Assembly (NCBI GenBank): GCA_951406725.2 | Contig: OX597815.1 | Coordinates: 81,778,001 to 81,842,000, forward strand | Direction of reading: 5' to 3' | DNA length: 64,000 nucleotides | From: Octopus vulgaris | Lineage: Eukaryota | Shown here: one piece after another, positions 39,160-53,328 of the stretch | Layout: the number at the start of each line of letters is the position of its first letter | Numbering within the stretch: the stretch's first letter is position 1 | Position numbers and translations under genes: made by a program | Notes under the pieces: generated by a model | The model's input: only the letters and a program-made list of their open reading frames with translations | Database searches by the model: none | Told to the model about the DNA's origin: nothing

Positions 39160-39239
39160 CGCTCATAAAAAATGTACATGCCGAATTTAAACACTACAGA
39201 GGGCTTGTATGACAAGAAGAAGAATATGCTAACACCACT

Positions 39240-39271
<32 letters not shown>

Positions 39272-40329
39272 CAACAACGTGAGCAACAACAAGAACAACA
39301 ACGTAAGCAACAACAACAACAATAACTACAACAACAACAACAACAGCAACAGCAACAACAAAACAGCTACAACGGCAACAATAAGAACTATATCTGCGGC
39401 TCAAGTTAAACAGTGACAAGTATGTAATAACAATGTGACAACAATAAACATGAATAATGATAATAAGAAAGGCCGATGAATGAATGAGAAGCAACGTCAC
39501 AAGATTTTGATATACAGTAAACACCTCTTTGTCTTGCTTTATTATAAATGTCATCGTGATTATTACGTTGAACATCCGTAAAAGTTTCTGCAAGAGCATT
39601 TTTAGAAAGCAAACAAAACAGAGACTTCCTCCTAAATACCTAGAGGTCTCCTGTCAGTCTGTGTACTTAGTTACGGTTTCAGGGTGTAAGTATGTGGGAG
39701 ATAAATCTCTAAACTTCAACAAGAAGAATGTAAGATAAATCTGTTGTTTTGCCAGATGATTTCCTATCTATTTCCCTACGACTTAAACTAGGTGTTTTGT
39801 GACAATAGAGACAATTGTAGAAAATGAAAGGGTTCAGCTCAGAGATATAACGAGACAACTGCAGGGAATTTACAAGTTACTCGTTGTTAAGCTGGTGTAT
39901 ATTAGTACTTTAGCTATGTCGACCGTTTCGTGTCTGGTTGATCAGCCAATTCTGCGCGCGTTATATCTAAGTTTTAAAAAAAAATATAGATTAAACAAAG
40001 ACAGAAGGATATATCCGTAAAAAAAAGTTTCATTGGGTTGTTGCGAACGTTATCTATGAAATCTGCCCCAAACAGTAAAATACACACTTACAACTACAAA
40101 AGCAACAACAACAACAACAACCAACACACATATAAATGGTTCTTATAAAATTCGTTTTCACCAGATTAAAAAAAAAACCAAAACAATTCTGTTCTGATGT
40201 AATTTTGTTAAGTTCTCTAAGAAAAAAAAAATAGTGCAATTTTCATTAGCATCAACATTTTGAAAATAATCAGGTGAAAATTTGAAACAATTCAAGTAGT
40301 TGGAAGAAATTTAACAAGATCCTACACAT

Positions 40330-40587
40330 CACTTATTTTTTACTTTGCTAAGGTACGGGGGCTGTAAACAAACCAACATCGATTGCCCAGCAGAAGTGGA
40401 AGATAAACGAAAGCACACACATTCACATGCACACACGCACATCTATTTACAACGGGCTGTTTTCCATTCACAGGGCATCGGTCAACCCGGGGTTATTATA
40501 GAAGATACTTGTCATGCGGTAGGACTGAACCCGGAACCATGTGGTTGGAAAGCAAACTTCTTACGACGCAGCCACACCTGCGCCTAT
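40330..40587 (-). mobile_element. SINE family A (decayed)
   Basis: GGACTGAACCCGGAACCATGTGGTTGGAAAGCAAACTTCTTAC...CCTGCGCC. Confidence 0.75.
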
Positions 40588-40989
40588 GTTTTTTTTTAAA
40601 GTTTTATTTTATAGTTAGAAGAAATGGTCATGGCAGGGGTCTGTACAAAGCCTTCGGGACTATAGGATGGCAGGAGGACAGTATCCTGGAACTGGAAACC
40701 TGGCCCAAATGGCTCACTAATGAGTGGAACCCGCTAAAGACACTCAAGCTGCGATGGGGGGCGGCAAGTGATGTTGTTAAACCAGATACACTATAAGTCT
40801 ATAACCCAAGTGGCCGTGGCAGAATTTGAACTTAGAACGCTAAGAAGCTGAGGAAATACCGCAACGTCCTTACAGTTCTACCTTCTGGAATGATACTGTT
40901 TTATCGACCCACAAAAGCATCAAAGGCAAATTTAACGTCAGCTGTGTTTGAACTTAAAGTACAGAAAATTGGAACAAGTATTGATCTCA

Positions 40990-41197
40990 AATTAAGGCAC
41001 AAGGCCAGCAATTTCGGGGGACGATGTAAGTACATTACATCAACCCCGGAACTCAGCTGGTACTTGTTTTATTGCCCCCGAAAGTATGAAAAGCAAAATC
41101 GGCCTTGGCAGAATTTGAACTCAGAACGTGAAAACGGACGAAATATCGCTAAGCATTTCGCCCGGCGTGCTAAAGATTTCACCAGCTCACCGCTTTA
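40990..41197 (-). mobile_element. SINE family B
   Basis: Matches the family consensus; further fragments at 40805-40960. Confidence 0.82.
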
Positions 41198-41769
41198 ATT
41201 GGAACAAATATTGCGAGGCATTCTAAGCAATGCTCTAACGACTCTGATTTCAAAACAAAACATTTCCACCAGACTCCTGCTGACAGTCCTGCCAAGTGGA
41301 CTGGTAAACTTAAAACATTAAGTGTATTAGCCAAACACGTGACGGAAGACTTACTGAAGACTTGAACTCAAACCTATCTGATTAACAATTTCGTTGTTGC
41401 AGCAACTGTAAATGTGAACAAAGTGCAAAAGAAAAAAAAACAAAAGTTCAAAAAGACATTCTAAAACCCACAAGAGAGTTTAGAGAAATTCCTTTCCATA
41501 CTCAGAAGTCAGCAAGAAAACATAGTTTAGAAGTAACCTCATGTGAAAACCGACAAGAGCATAAAAAAACCCTGCTGTTTAGTAAACAAGAACAGAAGTT
41601 GTGTAACATTGATTCAATGTATGGTAACTACTAACTATACTAACAGATTAAATCGGGTGGTCTGTGTGTCTGTCTGTTTTTCTATCTATCTATGTTACAT
41701 GCCTGTAATACATATAAATCCATAATACATACGGCATTCATAGATACATTCATGCATACATACAATTAT

Positions 41770-41805
<36 letters not shown>

Positions 41806-42001
41806 ATATATGAGCGCATATACGCATATTTACATGTTTGCATTAATCATTAAATTTCTCAGATATGAACATAAAGAAAAAAACAACGACGAGCGAAATC
41901 CATGTATGCCTACGAGTGCTCGTGGGTACATAAAGAATGTACATCATTAGCTTATATTTCTGGCAAAAAAAAAGACAAAAACATCTGAATTTCTTCCTAG
42001 G

Positions 42002-42045
<44 letters not shown>

Positions 42046-42299
42046 TATTGCTTAGGAAATATGATTGCTAATACTACCGAATCAGAGCAGTGTTTGATTT
42101 CAGCAGAACAGTAATTAATTTGTGGAGGAAGAGAAATGGGGTGAGGAATTTGTTTAGCTGGCAGTGCTGTGTTCAATTACTCTGACGAGGAAATGTTACC
42201 TATTACAAGGTAGTTAGAGTCTTATTCAGAAAGAGGTTTATTTCGTCAAAGGGGATCATAATATTTTTGCTTGCCGGATTTGGAGGAAGTGGTAATGCC

Positions 42300-42700
42300 A
42301 ATTGTCTTTGCAGGCCCTCCAAGACCGGTAAAAACGATGCAATCAATATTTCAATTAACCCTTTGCAGGTCAACACCTGCGCTAAGGAAATGAGCAGAGA
42401 GGAAATTCAAGAGAGCCGATGTTCAGTGAAGGAAGAACTGGATAAAGTAATTAGTGTAGAGCCTGAGAAATTTGACATAACGAGGGTGATGAGAGGAAGA
42501 GTAACGGGTGGAATAAGAGTTCCCGAGCGTGGCTCAACCAGATTCGAAGAACAGAGTTCATAATTATAGAGGTAGAAAAGGCAAAGAAAAGTGTCAGCGT
42601 GGTTTTGGACCAGAGTTTGGGGTATATGTGGGGTGTCTTCGTGCTAATCAGCAGGATGCCATTTATCTGGATGCGGTTTTTAGATGGCAGTGGGTGTAAC
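42300..42700 (-). mobile_element. CR1/Jockey-group LINE 3' relic
   Basis: Frameshifted FLCLFYLYNYELCSS...HHPRYVKF.R..TNYF...TSALLNFLSAH, similar to 45690-45960. Confidence 0.6.
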
Positions 42701-43671
42701 AATAGATCGTTCCACATGTGACATTAATATTCCATTGTGGGCCTCACCTGATCTATGTAAAGTACACTGATAAAGAAATGATAGTAAACGACTACGATAG
42801 TCTCACAGTATAAAAAAATTCGAAGCAAACTGAAATAAAAGGAAACGGAATGGTGCTTTTTAAGAGAAACGACTTGAATATTTTTATAATCAAAAAAACA
42901 TCAAAACATATTACAAAAGAAGTAAAAGGTATTCACACATAAAAGTAGATCCAACTTCTTTAAAACATCTAAAATCTCAAAAAGAAGTAAAAACGTCATT
43001 TTCTGATGACTGGTAAGACAGAATGATTACAGGTGAAACTTCTTTCATCAGAGGTCTACTGGATGAGGACTCATTCAAAAGTTGGGACGGATCTGGGGAT
43101 TTCAAACCCTGTATGAATCAGTGATTTCTACACTCTTAAAAAAAAATTATATCCGCAACTTGGCATTCAGTTCCTTAGAACCGTTTATATTTATTTGAGC
43201 CAGTCGGAAAACAGATACTTTTTTAATTTCATCGCAGTTCAATCAACAGTAGAGGTTAACGAAACTTCTTGACGATTTAGATATGACCAAACTTGTTGTA
43301 ACCTAAGTGAACGGAAACATTTTCCAAAACAAATTTGCTAAACTTTGTGCTGCCAGTTTGCCTGGATCTTGTTCATGCTGTTGTTATTATCATTTAGTAC
43401 CAAGTCAGCTAGGATCAGACTTAAGATCTAAGTCGTTCCAAGGCCGGCCATAGAGTATTTTTTCAAATACATCTTGCATTATATTATCAACATTAACACT
43501 AACATTATTATTATTGTTATTAAAAATGGGCTGACATCTTTGTATGTCCGAAACTTCCAGAAATTATAAAAATAATATATTTGGATTTTGGTACTCATAG
43601 ATCCGTCATAGACATTTGTATGTGAGTTTGTGTGTGTGTGTGTGTGTGCACGCGCGCGCGTATGTGTGTTT

Positions 43672-43704
<33 letters not shown>

Positions 43705-45689
43705 TTGCGCCTTTGTGTTTGAGTTTGTACCGCGTCACTTCTAACTTCTCAACAACCGGTGTTGGTTTGTTTACTTCCTTGTAAGCTAGCTTTTCATCAA
43801 ATAGTCATGGATAGAATAAATACCAATCTTAAAAAAACTAAAACTGACACGTATTTGGCGCGATTTGATCGACTAAACCCATCGGGATCCCAACGTCTTG
43901 TGATCGTAATCAGCAAAAGCGTAAAAAAAAAAACCGTCGAGCTAGTGAATTTGTTTTTCGTCACTACATAAATATTTCTAATTAATTTTTTTTAATGCTC
44001 ATTGCATTAAATTCGTTAAGACAAAATTAACGTAGTCGCCATTGGAAACACAAAGCAAATCCCACTGGGCTTTTCAAAACAGTGAAAGGAATATCTGGAT
44101 GTTTAAGGCAATGAGATGCTTGTAACTGAGTCGTTTTCATTTGTTTGTTTTTTTGTTCACTGCGTCAAAACCTTTACGACGGGAATTGTAGTGCAGTCCC
44201 TAGACAAGGGACGCAAAAAGTGCAACCCCTAGGGTCTCCCTGGCATCTTCTCGGCTTGTCTGGGTCGCGTTATGAAGGTCAGACATCCTATTATAAAACA
44301 ATGTATCGTGGAAGAATTAGTGTAAAATGTATCATGTTGCTTGGAACAGACTATTTTTATGGAAGCATAAAATAATAACATGGCTTCTCACACACTGTGG
44401 TGTCATAGGCATATGGATACACAATGCACACAGACGTACACGCACTAATTAGAAAAAAATACAAACAACGCCATAAAAAAACGTGCGAGTGAGTCATGGA
44501 AGCATGTGTGGGCTTGTGTGTAAATACCGACTGTATGTATGTATGTATGTATGTATGTATGTATGTATGTATGTATGTATGTATGTATGTATGTATGTAT
44601 GTATGCATGCATGCAAGGGTACGCACATGTGTAAATGTGTTTTTCAATATGCCTGGAATTATGTAAGAAAAATAATTATGGCTACAACGAGAAAACAATA
44701 TAGAAGGAAATTATGCATTTATCTGTGTGCGTATGTGTGTATAGGCATGTTTGTTGTGTGCGTGTACGTGTTTGGGTTAGTGTGTGTACATGTAAGTGCG
44801 TGTTTGTGTGTCTATGTGCATGTGTTTGATGCCTATGCTTGTCTACTTCTATCTGTGTCTACTGGTAAATATGTCTGGCGGTACTCCGCCTATATGCAAA
44901 TCAACTGTTATATAACTCAAGCGATTACAAATCTACAAGGAAAAAGAGGAAAGAGATGGGGAGGAGGTGTATGGTGCAGATAGAAAAAGTCACTCATACT
45001 TTTTTCTTATCTTCTATGAATTACTCTCCGCTTCCGGTGAAGGTGCATGCCAACAGCCCAAAGTACATGCATGATGTAGAACAGACAAAGAATAATGAAA
45101 AGAATTGAAAGTAAGGAGGAAGGTCAGAAAAACAAACTATACTTCCTCAGTCGTCCATATTTATAACCCTACACCAATTCCTATCTCTTACTGACAGTAG
45201 ACCTCCTTTCACCCCCCCCCCACTTTATTGTATGAAAAAATAATAAAAGTTATCGTAAATAGCTCTGATAAATAAATTTTAAGCCAGCGGTTTCGAAACG
45301 TATTTCATCGTAGAATCCTTGTAAGATTTTCCAGAAATCGAGAAACTCTTATCCATATTTTTCTTACAAGGCTAGTCATCCTCCTTTTAATAAAACATTA
45401 GATATGACAAAAATTGATTTATTCATTAAAGAACCTTTCTTAATTTTGAAAATAGTGAATATTATGTGTTTTATTTAATATTTTTATTCAGTTTTATTAA
45501 ATGGTCCTCTTATCTTGCAGAATTTATCACTCTAGGGATCATTGGAGTCTTAAATATTGCTTTAAGTTAATAAAACACTCGTTAAATACATCTGCATCCA
45601 ATATCGAACTATACGTATAACCTGTTTTCTACTTACAACTGGGAACATTGGGTCATTTGAGAATTGATATCTTGAGTATCGAGTCATCA

Positions 45690-45960
45690 AGCCGAAGCAT
45701 TGGTGATACACCACAAGCGCTGATACACAAGCGTGCCGTGTCTTCACTCTGTCCATTGTATCGCTACTTCAACGTTCTTTGTTCTTCAGAACTAACTACT
45801 TGCTTACTAACGCTACCAAAGACCCATCCGAAACGCCAGCCACTATTGCTTTTGCCACTGCTACAGCGCTTCGTACATTTCACCTAAAGCTTTCTCTTCA
45901 GAGGAAGAATTCCTTTTTGGAATTGTCTTCCTGCTCATGCTTCCCCTGTAGTCATCCTCA
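45690..45960 (+). mobile_element. CR1/Jockey-group LINE 3' relic
   Basis: Translates HKRAVSSLCPLYRYFNVLCSSEL...HFT*SFL...FWNCLPAH, the typical post-RT C-terminus (RR..SL..FYRY..G.CS.EL...WN.LP). Confidence 0.7.
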
Positions 45961-46000
45961 CAGCTGTTGATGATAAGGCTGTATATAAAAAAAGTAATTA

Positions 46001-46406
46001 GGCGCAGGAGTGGCTGTGTGGTAAGTAGCTTGTTTACCTACCACATGGTTCCGGGGTCAGTCCCACTGCGTGGCACCTTGGGCTAGTGTCTTCTACTATA
46101 GTCTCGGGCCGACCAAAGCCTTGTGAGTGGATTTGGTAGATGGAAACTGAAAGAAGCCCGTCGTATATATGTATATGTATGTATATGTGTGTGTTTGTGT
46201 GTCTGTGTTTGTCCCCCTAGCATTGCTTGACAACCGATGCTGGTGTGTTTATGTCCCCGTCACTTAGCGGTTTGGCAAAAGAGACCGATAGAATAAGTAC
46301 TGGGCTTACAATGAATAAGTCCCGGGGTCGAGTTGCTCGATTAAAGGCGGTGCTCCAGCATGGCCGCAGTCAAATGACTGAAACAAGTAAAAGAGTAAAA
46401 GAGTAA
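46001..46406 (+). mobile_element. Full-length, well-preserved SINE family A
   Basis: A box TGGCTGTGTGG (46011-46021), B-box-like GGGTCAGTCCC, CACCTTGGGC(T)AGTGTCTT body, central TA/TG microsatellite and GAGTAAAA tail repeats. Confidence 0.92.
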
Positions 46407-46549
46407 GGTTATCTGTTGAATCGGCTGTGTGCAACTGACCAGCTGTCACCATTATTCACAACAACAATGAAACTATCACCAGTAAGAACTCTTCTTAACA
46501 CATTGCCACCATTACAACTATTCCTTAATTACCAACAAGAAGATATTTC

Positions 46550-46760
46550 TTTCAAACTTTGGCACAAGCCAGCAATTTCATGGGAGGCGTTGGTTACATC
46601 CTCCACCCAGTGCTTAACTGCTACTAATTTCATCGACCTCGAAACGATGATAAGCAAAGTCGACCTCGGCGGAATTTGAAGTCAGAACATGAAGACTGAC
46701 GAAATGCCGCTAAGCACTTTGCCCAGAGAGCTAAAGATTATGTCAGCTCACCACCTTTCA
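46550..46760 (-). mobile_element. SINE family B
   Basis: Matches the family consensus; another copy on + at 47366-47525. Confidence 0.82.
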
Positions 46761-47029
46761 AAGTAAGAAGATATTAGAATATGATCTTTTTCCTTTAGGC
46801 TTTATAGAATAATTTACTTTTATTTGAGGTAAATTTGGATTTCCACTGTATAACTTACAAAGGACAGTAAGTAATTACTTCTACTCCACCAAAAAACAAA
46901 AAAAACAAAACAAAAACAAAACAACTATTCAATTAAACAACTATAAAGAAATAAATGTCTATATTTATAAAAAAAAATACTAATAGTTAGACCTTCGCCT
47001 GAATTACGAGTTGAAATTATAAATACATT

Positions 47030-47300
47030 TACTCTTACTCTCTTTTTGCTCTTTTACTTATTCTATCGGTCTCTTTTGCCGAACCGCTAAGTTATATACA
47101 TTTATATAAGTTATATACATATACATACATATACATATATACGACGGGCTGCTTTCAGTCTCCGTCTACCAAATCCACTCACAAGGCTTTGGTCGGCCCG
47201 AGGCTATAGAAGAAGACACTTGCCCAAGGTGCCACGCAGTGGGACTGAACCCGGAACCATGTGTTTCGTAAGCAAGCTACTTACCACACAGCCACTCCTT
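47030..47300 (-). mobile_element. SINE family A with internal deletions
   Basis: The head is nearly identical to 46001; the tail has two segments missing. Confidence 0.85.
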
Positions 47301-48187
47301 CACGGAAAGATGTAATAATTTAGAAAATGGACTAAAATAGTATAGTTTAAATTTGATCCTTTACTAAGGCGGTGAACTGGCAGAATCGTTAGCTTGCCGG
47401 CCAAAATATGGTTTTACTTTCTTAGCTCAAATTCTGCCGCTGTCGACGTTACTAGTGTAGCACAGGGATCGATGTAATAGACTAGCCCTGCCTCTCACCA
47501 AAGTTCAGGCCTTGTGCTTATAGTCTTATAGTAAAAAAGAAAAAGTTGATCCCAGACAATATGCTTTCTATAGGAAATTAATACAGATTATGGGAGAAAC
47601 GAACTATTGTATTTTCAATGTTAAAATATACGATATTTCAACTCATTACTTTACACTGAGTAACAAAAAATTACATTCATCCACAAAAAAAGAAGCAAAT
47701 AAATTTAATAAACAACAGGGAAACGAAGCCATGTCATGCGAATTGTCGAAAATGGAAAACTGTACACACACATGTATGTATGTATACTTAAACGAACACA
47801 TACAGAGATGGTGTATGGATGAAGCTAGATAATGGCGGATGGTATCAAACTGATGTGAAATGCAAACAATGTGAAGTATAAAGCACATTATTTCCACCAT
47901 GTTTTCAGCAGGACAAGAGTAATACCCAATCATTGTGAATATAAACAAGCTTCAAACAACTTATAGTTAGCAGGGTGAGGATCAATAATTATAAACTATT
48001 CGTTGCTGAGCGTTTTATCCTTGAATAAACATTTAAATACATACAGACATGCATATGTATACACACACACATACATATACATATGCATCGGCTTATTTTT
48101 GTTTAAATTATGCAAATTATCTAGGCCATTTTGGGTTCTACTCTTTTGTATAAGTCTGGGTGAACGGAGATAAACTTCGACAATACT

Positions 48188-48228
48188 CGTGCTGATGACG
48201 CCTGTTGAGGTAGAAACACTTGTTCACG
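48188..48228 (+). ncRNA. Type I hammerhead ribozyme motif (family P3)
   Basis: CGTG-CTGATGA-CGCCT(GTTG)AGGTA-GAAACA(CT)TGT-T-CACG. All three stems are present, with a C.A mismatch closing stem II. AATAAA lies about 20 nt downstream. Confidence 0.7.
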
Positions 48229-48557
48229 GCTGTCCTATATCTCCAGACAATAAACCTGTCCTTAACTGTAACAGCATTTTAACTTCAAGGAATTCTTAAC
48301 TCTTGAGATGATCTCCCCTCCCATATGGAGCTGGTCTTCATTGACATTTGGTAACTATAATATGTTCTCTAGAGGCGCAGAGAACATATCATAACTATAA
48401 TTCAAGAATTTAGGTTATATTGTATTTAATATACCTGTATTAATCTTTCTCTGTCTCTCCACCGCTCTCTCTCTCTCTCTCTCTTTCTGTTAGTCTGTTT
48501 TCCTGTCTGTCTGTCTGTCTGTCAGTATATCTGTCTTTCTGTCTGCCTCTCTCTCTC

Positions 48558-48627
<70 letters not shown>

Positions 48628-48645
48628 CATACATACATACATGTC

Positions 48646-48686
<41 letters not shown>

Positions 48687-48954
48687 TTCTCTTTGAGTGT
48701 GTGTATGTATTCATGCTTGCGTATACCTATGAAAGCAGCTCCAGATCTATAATGGATGTTCCAGTAACTGACTGATATTTGTCTCCCCACTTCTGTGTTA
48801 AAAAGCTATCCGCTATTGAGTTACCTTTCAATATCCAGAGGTAGAATTTGTCGCCACAAAGTCTGCAACACCCACTTCTTCAGCAAATTCGCTACGATAT
48901 TTGATATATTTATATTACAAATCATGGAACGTGATATTTCTATCTTTTATCGTT

Positions 48955-49185
48955 TATCTTTTACTTGTTTCATTCATTAGTCTGCGGCCATGCTGGGGCA
49001 CCGCCTTGACGAATTTTGGTCGAACGAATCGACCCTAGTGTTTTTTTCTTTTCTTTTCTTTCTTTTTTTTTTTGTAAGTGTGGTACTTATTCCCTCGTTC
49101 TCTTGTGCCGAACCGCTATATCTAAGGGATGTAAAGACACCAACGCCGTCTGTGAAACGGTGGTGGGAGACGAACACAAACACAA

Positions 49186-49233
<48 letters not shown>

Positions 49234-49362
49234 ATACACACGCATACACCTCTCTACCAAAATCCACTCACAAAGCTTTGGTCGGCCCTAGATGCCCAAG
49301 ATGCCACACAGTAGGATTGAACCCAGAATCATGTATCTGAGAAGCAAACCTCTTACCACTCC
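48955..49362 (-). mobile_element. SINE family A
   Basis: Matches the family consensus, with a central (CA)n. Confidence 0.82.
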
Positions 49363-49418
49363 TGTGTTAAAAAGCATGCATGAATTTTGAGTAAAAACTG
49401 AGTACTATAAAAATAAAT

Positions 49419-49470
<52 letters not shown>

Positions 49471-49826
49471 TTATGTTCCCCATAGTATTTACATGACTAG
49501 ATTTCTAAATACGCTATTAGTTTACATAATTTAAAGTTAAATAAAATTATTGGAGTATTTCACTTTTCCTTACCACTCTTTGCCTCAAGATTTAAATCCA
49601 GCTGGAGTTTATGTTACTTTTCCTCCCTTCTGGTATTCTGCTGATAATAGTAATATGCTTTTGAACATGTATGTGTGGTTATGCGTGGGAGGTCCATTTT
49701 TCGTACCTCACATTCTTGTTTCAATGAATTTTGACCTTGGACCGAACCGATGTTTTCAGTATTACCAAAGAAACACTTCGATATTTTTGTCTTCACTGAA
49801 CATGAATTAAAGTTATACATACATAC

Positions 49827-50585
49827 CAGTGGCGACTTCAACACTCGGGCTGTTCGGGCTTAGCCCAAATAAAAAATTATCAAAGTGAACGCGTATTTGC
49901 AAGCTGATTTAATTTCTGCCAACACTGACTCCAAGAATATAATTGCAACCGATAACTCGGGCTCCTGTTATTGAGCTTGGTCGCAGTTCATTTATTTTCG
50001 TTTAGCATCTGGCGGTCGTCATAGAGGTGCCCTATGTAAAAAAATATCATTCGTAGCAGGCGTTCTCTTGACGTCGTTTACACGCGCCTCTCTCAGACCC
50101 GAGTTGTTATCTATAATCGTAAGAATTAACAGTAATTCAAATTCTATGTTTTCTTGAAAAAAAAAATTTTCTATAGAGATTAGAATTTGAATTCCAATCT
50201 ATGAAAAGTTTCCGTTCTACAATATTCTTAAAGAATACAAAAATATATCCAGCAACTCGGGCTAATACGAACGAACCTGGTAGGTGTAAAAGACTAACTG
50301 GCATCTCTTGTCTATGTTCAGGTGACAATCAGATCTCTGATGTTTGTTGTGTACTTCACTGTCGTTATTTGACAGCAGTTATTCTGTGCGGCTCTGTGTA
50401 GTAAAGATCAGCTGTATTTTGCAGGGTTGCTTTATTTTTGCCCTTAACTTATAAATGGAGAGAGACATAGTGCTAGATATAAAATATAAGCCCTTCAGGG
50501 CTAGAAAGATTGCGGAAAAACGTGAAATTCTTATGCGAAATCTGTGATGAGCCCGAGTGATGCTGATGACCTGGCGTCGCCTCTG
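49827..50585. mobile_element. Non-autonomous hAT-like element with subterminal repeats
   Basis: TIRs CAGTGGCGAC / GTCGCCTCTG. TSD ATACATAC / ATACACAC (7 of 8 match). CTCGGGCT-type motif about 6 times in both orientations. Confidence 0.8.
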
Positions 50586-50633
50586 ATACACACACAAACA
50601 TGCACACACATACACACACACACGCACGCGCGC

Positions 50634-50678
<45 letters not shown>

Positions 50679-51873
50679 CATGTATACACATGTGTGTGTA
50701 TGTATGTGTTTGTGTATATATGTATATATATACATATATGCATGCTTTTTAACACAGGAGTGGTAAGAGGTTTGCTTCTCAGATACATGATTCTGGGTTC
50801 AATCCTACTGTATAACCATATGTGTGTGTGTGCGTGTATGCGTGTGTGCGTGTATGCGTGTGTGCATATGTGTGTGAGAGAGAGAAAGAGAGAGAGTGTG
50901 TATGTGTGTTTGCATATCAGTAAACATATCGTTACTATACACAGGATTTAAAAGTGAGATACAATTAGTTTCATGCCTCAGAAATATAAGAGTCGGACAA
51001 GCTTGTACAGTGTGACGTATATCGCGTGTATAGCTATACAAGCATGTCCGACAATTTTATAATGCATGATGCTAATAGTGGCTCGCATTTAAATCCTGAG
51101 ACAAATGTTACTTCTCTCTCACTGGATGAAGTACAGAAGTACTGTTTTCGATGTATATGTGTATGTGTGTGTGTGTCTGTGTGTGTGTGAGCACAAACAT
51201 GCTCACATATACACACACCATCCTACCAAATATAAATCACACAGACCCATTTACACACACCACAATAAACTCTGGGACCAATAAAAAACAGCCCCCCACA
51301 CACAAACACAGACATATGTATATACACATACACATAGAAACGTGCACAGAGACACACACACACTCACACCATTCTGACCTCTTAGACTAGTCCCCAAAAC
51401 CATTGAACCATGACAGACTAGGCCAGAAAAAAAGTCCTTTTAATTCCACATTACTCTTCCTTCCCCAATTCCCAACCAAACTCCCACATTGTCCCTTAAA
51501 ATAGCAAACAATCCTTAGCTACACAGAAAATAAAAAATGCTAAGGAGACAGGTTGGTTCCTCTTAACTTCTTTGTAAATTCTTAAATATATCTTCTTCTG
51601 TGTATATATTTACTACCAAACAAACATGATTTTTATTGAACTCCTAATACTTTTTGTTGAATATTTTCTTAAATACTTTCTTGTAAACTGTTTTTAATAT
51701 TTTCTTATTATTATCAAACAATGTATATATTATTTTAATACTTTTGTGACAACCAGTACTTAACACAACAAAGCTTATACAAAGCTTTACATTTTACTTT
51801 TGACAATCTTTTTCTAAAAAAGTGAAACCGGTCAAGTGAATAAACATCTTTAAAATTGCATTTTTAAATCTTC

Positions 51874-51981
<108 letters not shown>

Positions 51982-52037
51982 ATGTATATGTATATATATT
52001 AATAAGTCCACATTTAACATCCAACGGTACATCTTTT

Positions 52038-52135
52038 TTCCTCTGATGAAATTATACTCATGTCACATAAGTATAAGTTTAATGTACAAATTTGTAATTA
52101 AATTATTGAGCATTAATTGAAACAGCTGTAAGAAG
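52038..52135 (+). ncRNA. Hammerhead motif with long stem II insert (family P4)
   Basis: TTCCT-CTGATGA-AATTA...(about 60 nt)...TAATT-GAAACAGCTGT-A-AGAAG. Stem III is the palindrome ACAGCTGT; stem I is partly decayed. Confidence 0.55.
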
Positions 52136-52490
52136 CGAGAATGACCAATTTGTTAATAATAAACAATTATTAACTTCCTTATCTCCATTTTCTTTTCTTT
52201 TCTTCTTTGAAATGGATATAAACTATATGTTTTATATATACCTATTATTTTAAGGGTATTTTACCCCGCCCCAAATGCTAGGTATTGAACCAGCATTTCC
52301 TTTATTGCAACCATCTCTTTACGTAGTTAAGATATTCTCTAATTATATATACATACATATATGTATATATATTTATCATATGTGTGTGTATGTATGTATA
52401 TATGTATATGTATATATATGTAAGTATATATGTATATATATGTATATATATATATACATATATGTATAGATATATATATGCATATATATA

Positions 52491-52536
<46 letters not shown>

Positions 52537-52763
52537 TGTATATATATATATGTATTTATACACTCACTCACACACACACACACATACATATAAAATTCAA
52601 TTGGCAGTTAAATTAGCTTCATGCCTAATATTTGTTGTGAATAATGGTATTCATAGAAAAATAGGTTTATATATAAATCATGGTTTATAATCATTCAAAA
52701 GAAATTAAGAAAATGGAGTTAAAGCATTTAAGAAAAATTAATTATCTGTAAAAATCAAACATA

Positions 52764-52850
52764 ATCCCTTACAGCTGTTTCAATTAAGTTTAAAAGATTA
52801 AATAGTAATTATTAAAAGCATTATATTAGGCAAAATCTCTTCAGAGGGAT
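52764..52850 (-). ncRNA. Hammerhead motif, family P4
   Basis: Minus strand: ATCCCT-CTGAAGA-GATT...AATT-GAAACAGCTGT-A-AGGGAT, with a perfect 6-bp stem I. Confidence 0.7.
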
Positions 52851-52908
52851 AGGAAAAAGATATACCGTTCTCTCTCCCTCTGTCTCTCTCTCTCTGTCTC
52901 TCTGTCTC

Positions 52909-52988
<80 letters not shown>

Positions 52989-52990
<2 letters not shown>

Positions 52991-53136
52991 GGAGTAAACA
53001 CATAAATGTGAAACAAGGTGGAAAAAAGAGTACTCAAATACCAGTGGTAGAGTAATATGCTTTATTTAAAGCAGCAGAAAATTCAACAAAACTCAGAGTA
53101 ACAGGTCTTGTTGAATTTTCTGCTGCTTTAAATAAA

Positions 53137-53138
<2 letters not shown>
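52989..53138. mobile_element. Penelope-like fragment with a perfect 30-bp fold-back, in (TA)n
   Basis: CTTTATTTAAAGCAGCAGAAAATTCAACAA (53060-53089) is inverted at 53108-53138. The Penelope assignment is inferred from context. Confidence 0.5.
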
Positions 53139-53176
<38 letters not shown>

Positions 53177-53245
53177 ATATATAGTCTGCTGTGATGATTC
53201 TAAAATACAACATATGAAAGACCTAACGGTATATCTTTTTTCTAC

Positions 53246-53328
53246 CTTTCTGAAGAGATTCTGACTAGTATAATGATTTTAATTATTGCTATTTTATCTT
53301 TTCGGCTTAATTGAAACAGTTGTAAGGG
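53246..53328 (+). ncRNA. Hammerhead motif, family P4 (inverted partner of 52764-52850)
   Basis: CTTT-CTGAAGA-GATT...AATT-GAAACAGTTGT-A-AGGG. Confidence 0.6.

Noticed and set aside
43000-43055. CTGATGA...GAAAC spacing
   Set aside because: No stem III or stem I complement at the required positions.
46001-46075. tRNA gene candidates (also other SINE heads)
   Set aside because: The A/B boxes continue into SINE bodies, with no proper acceptor stem.
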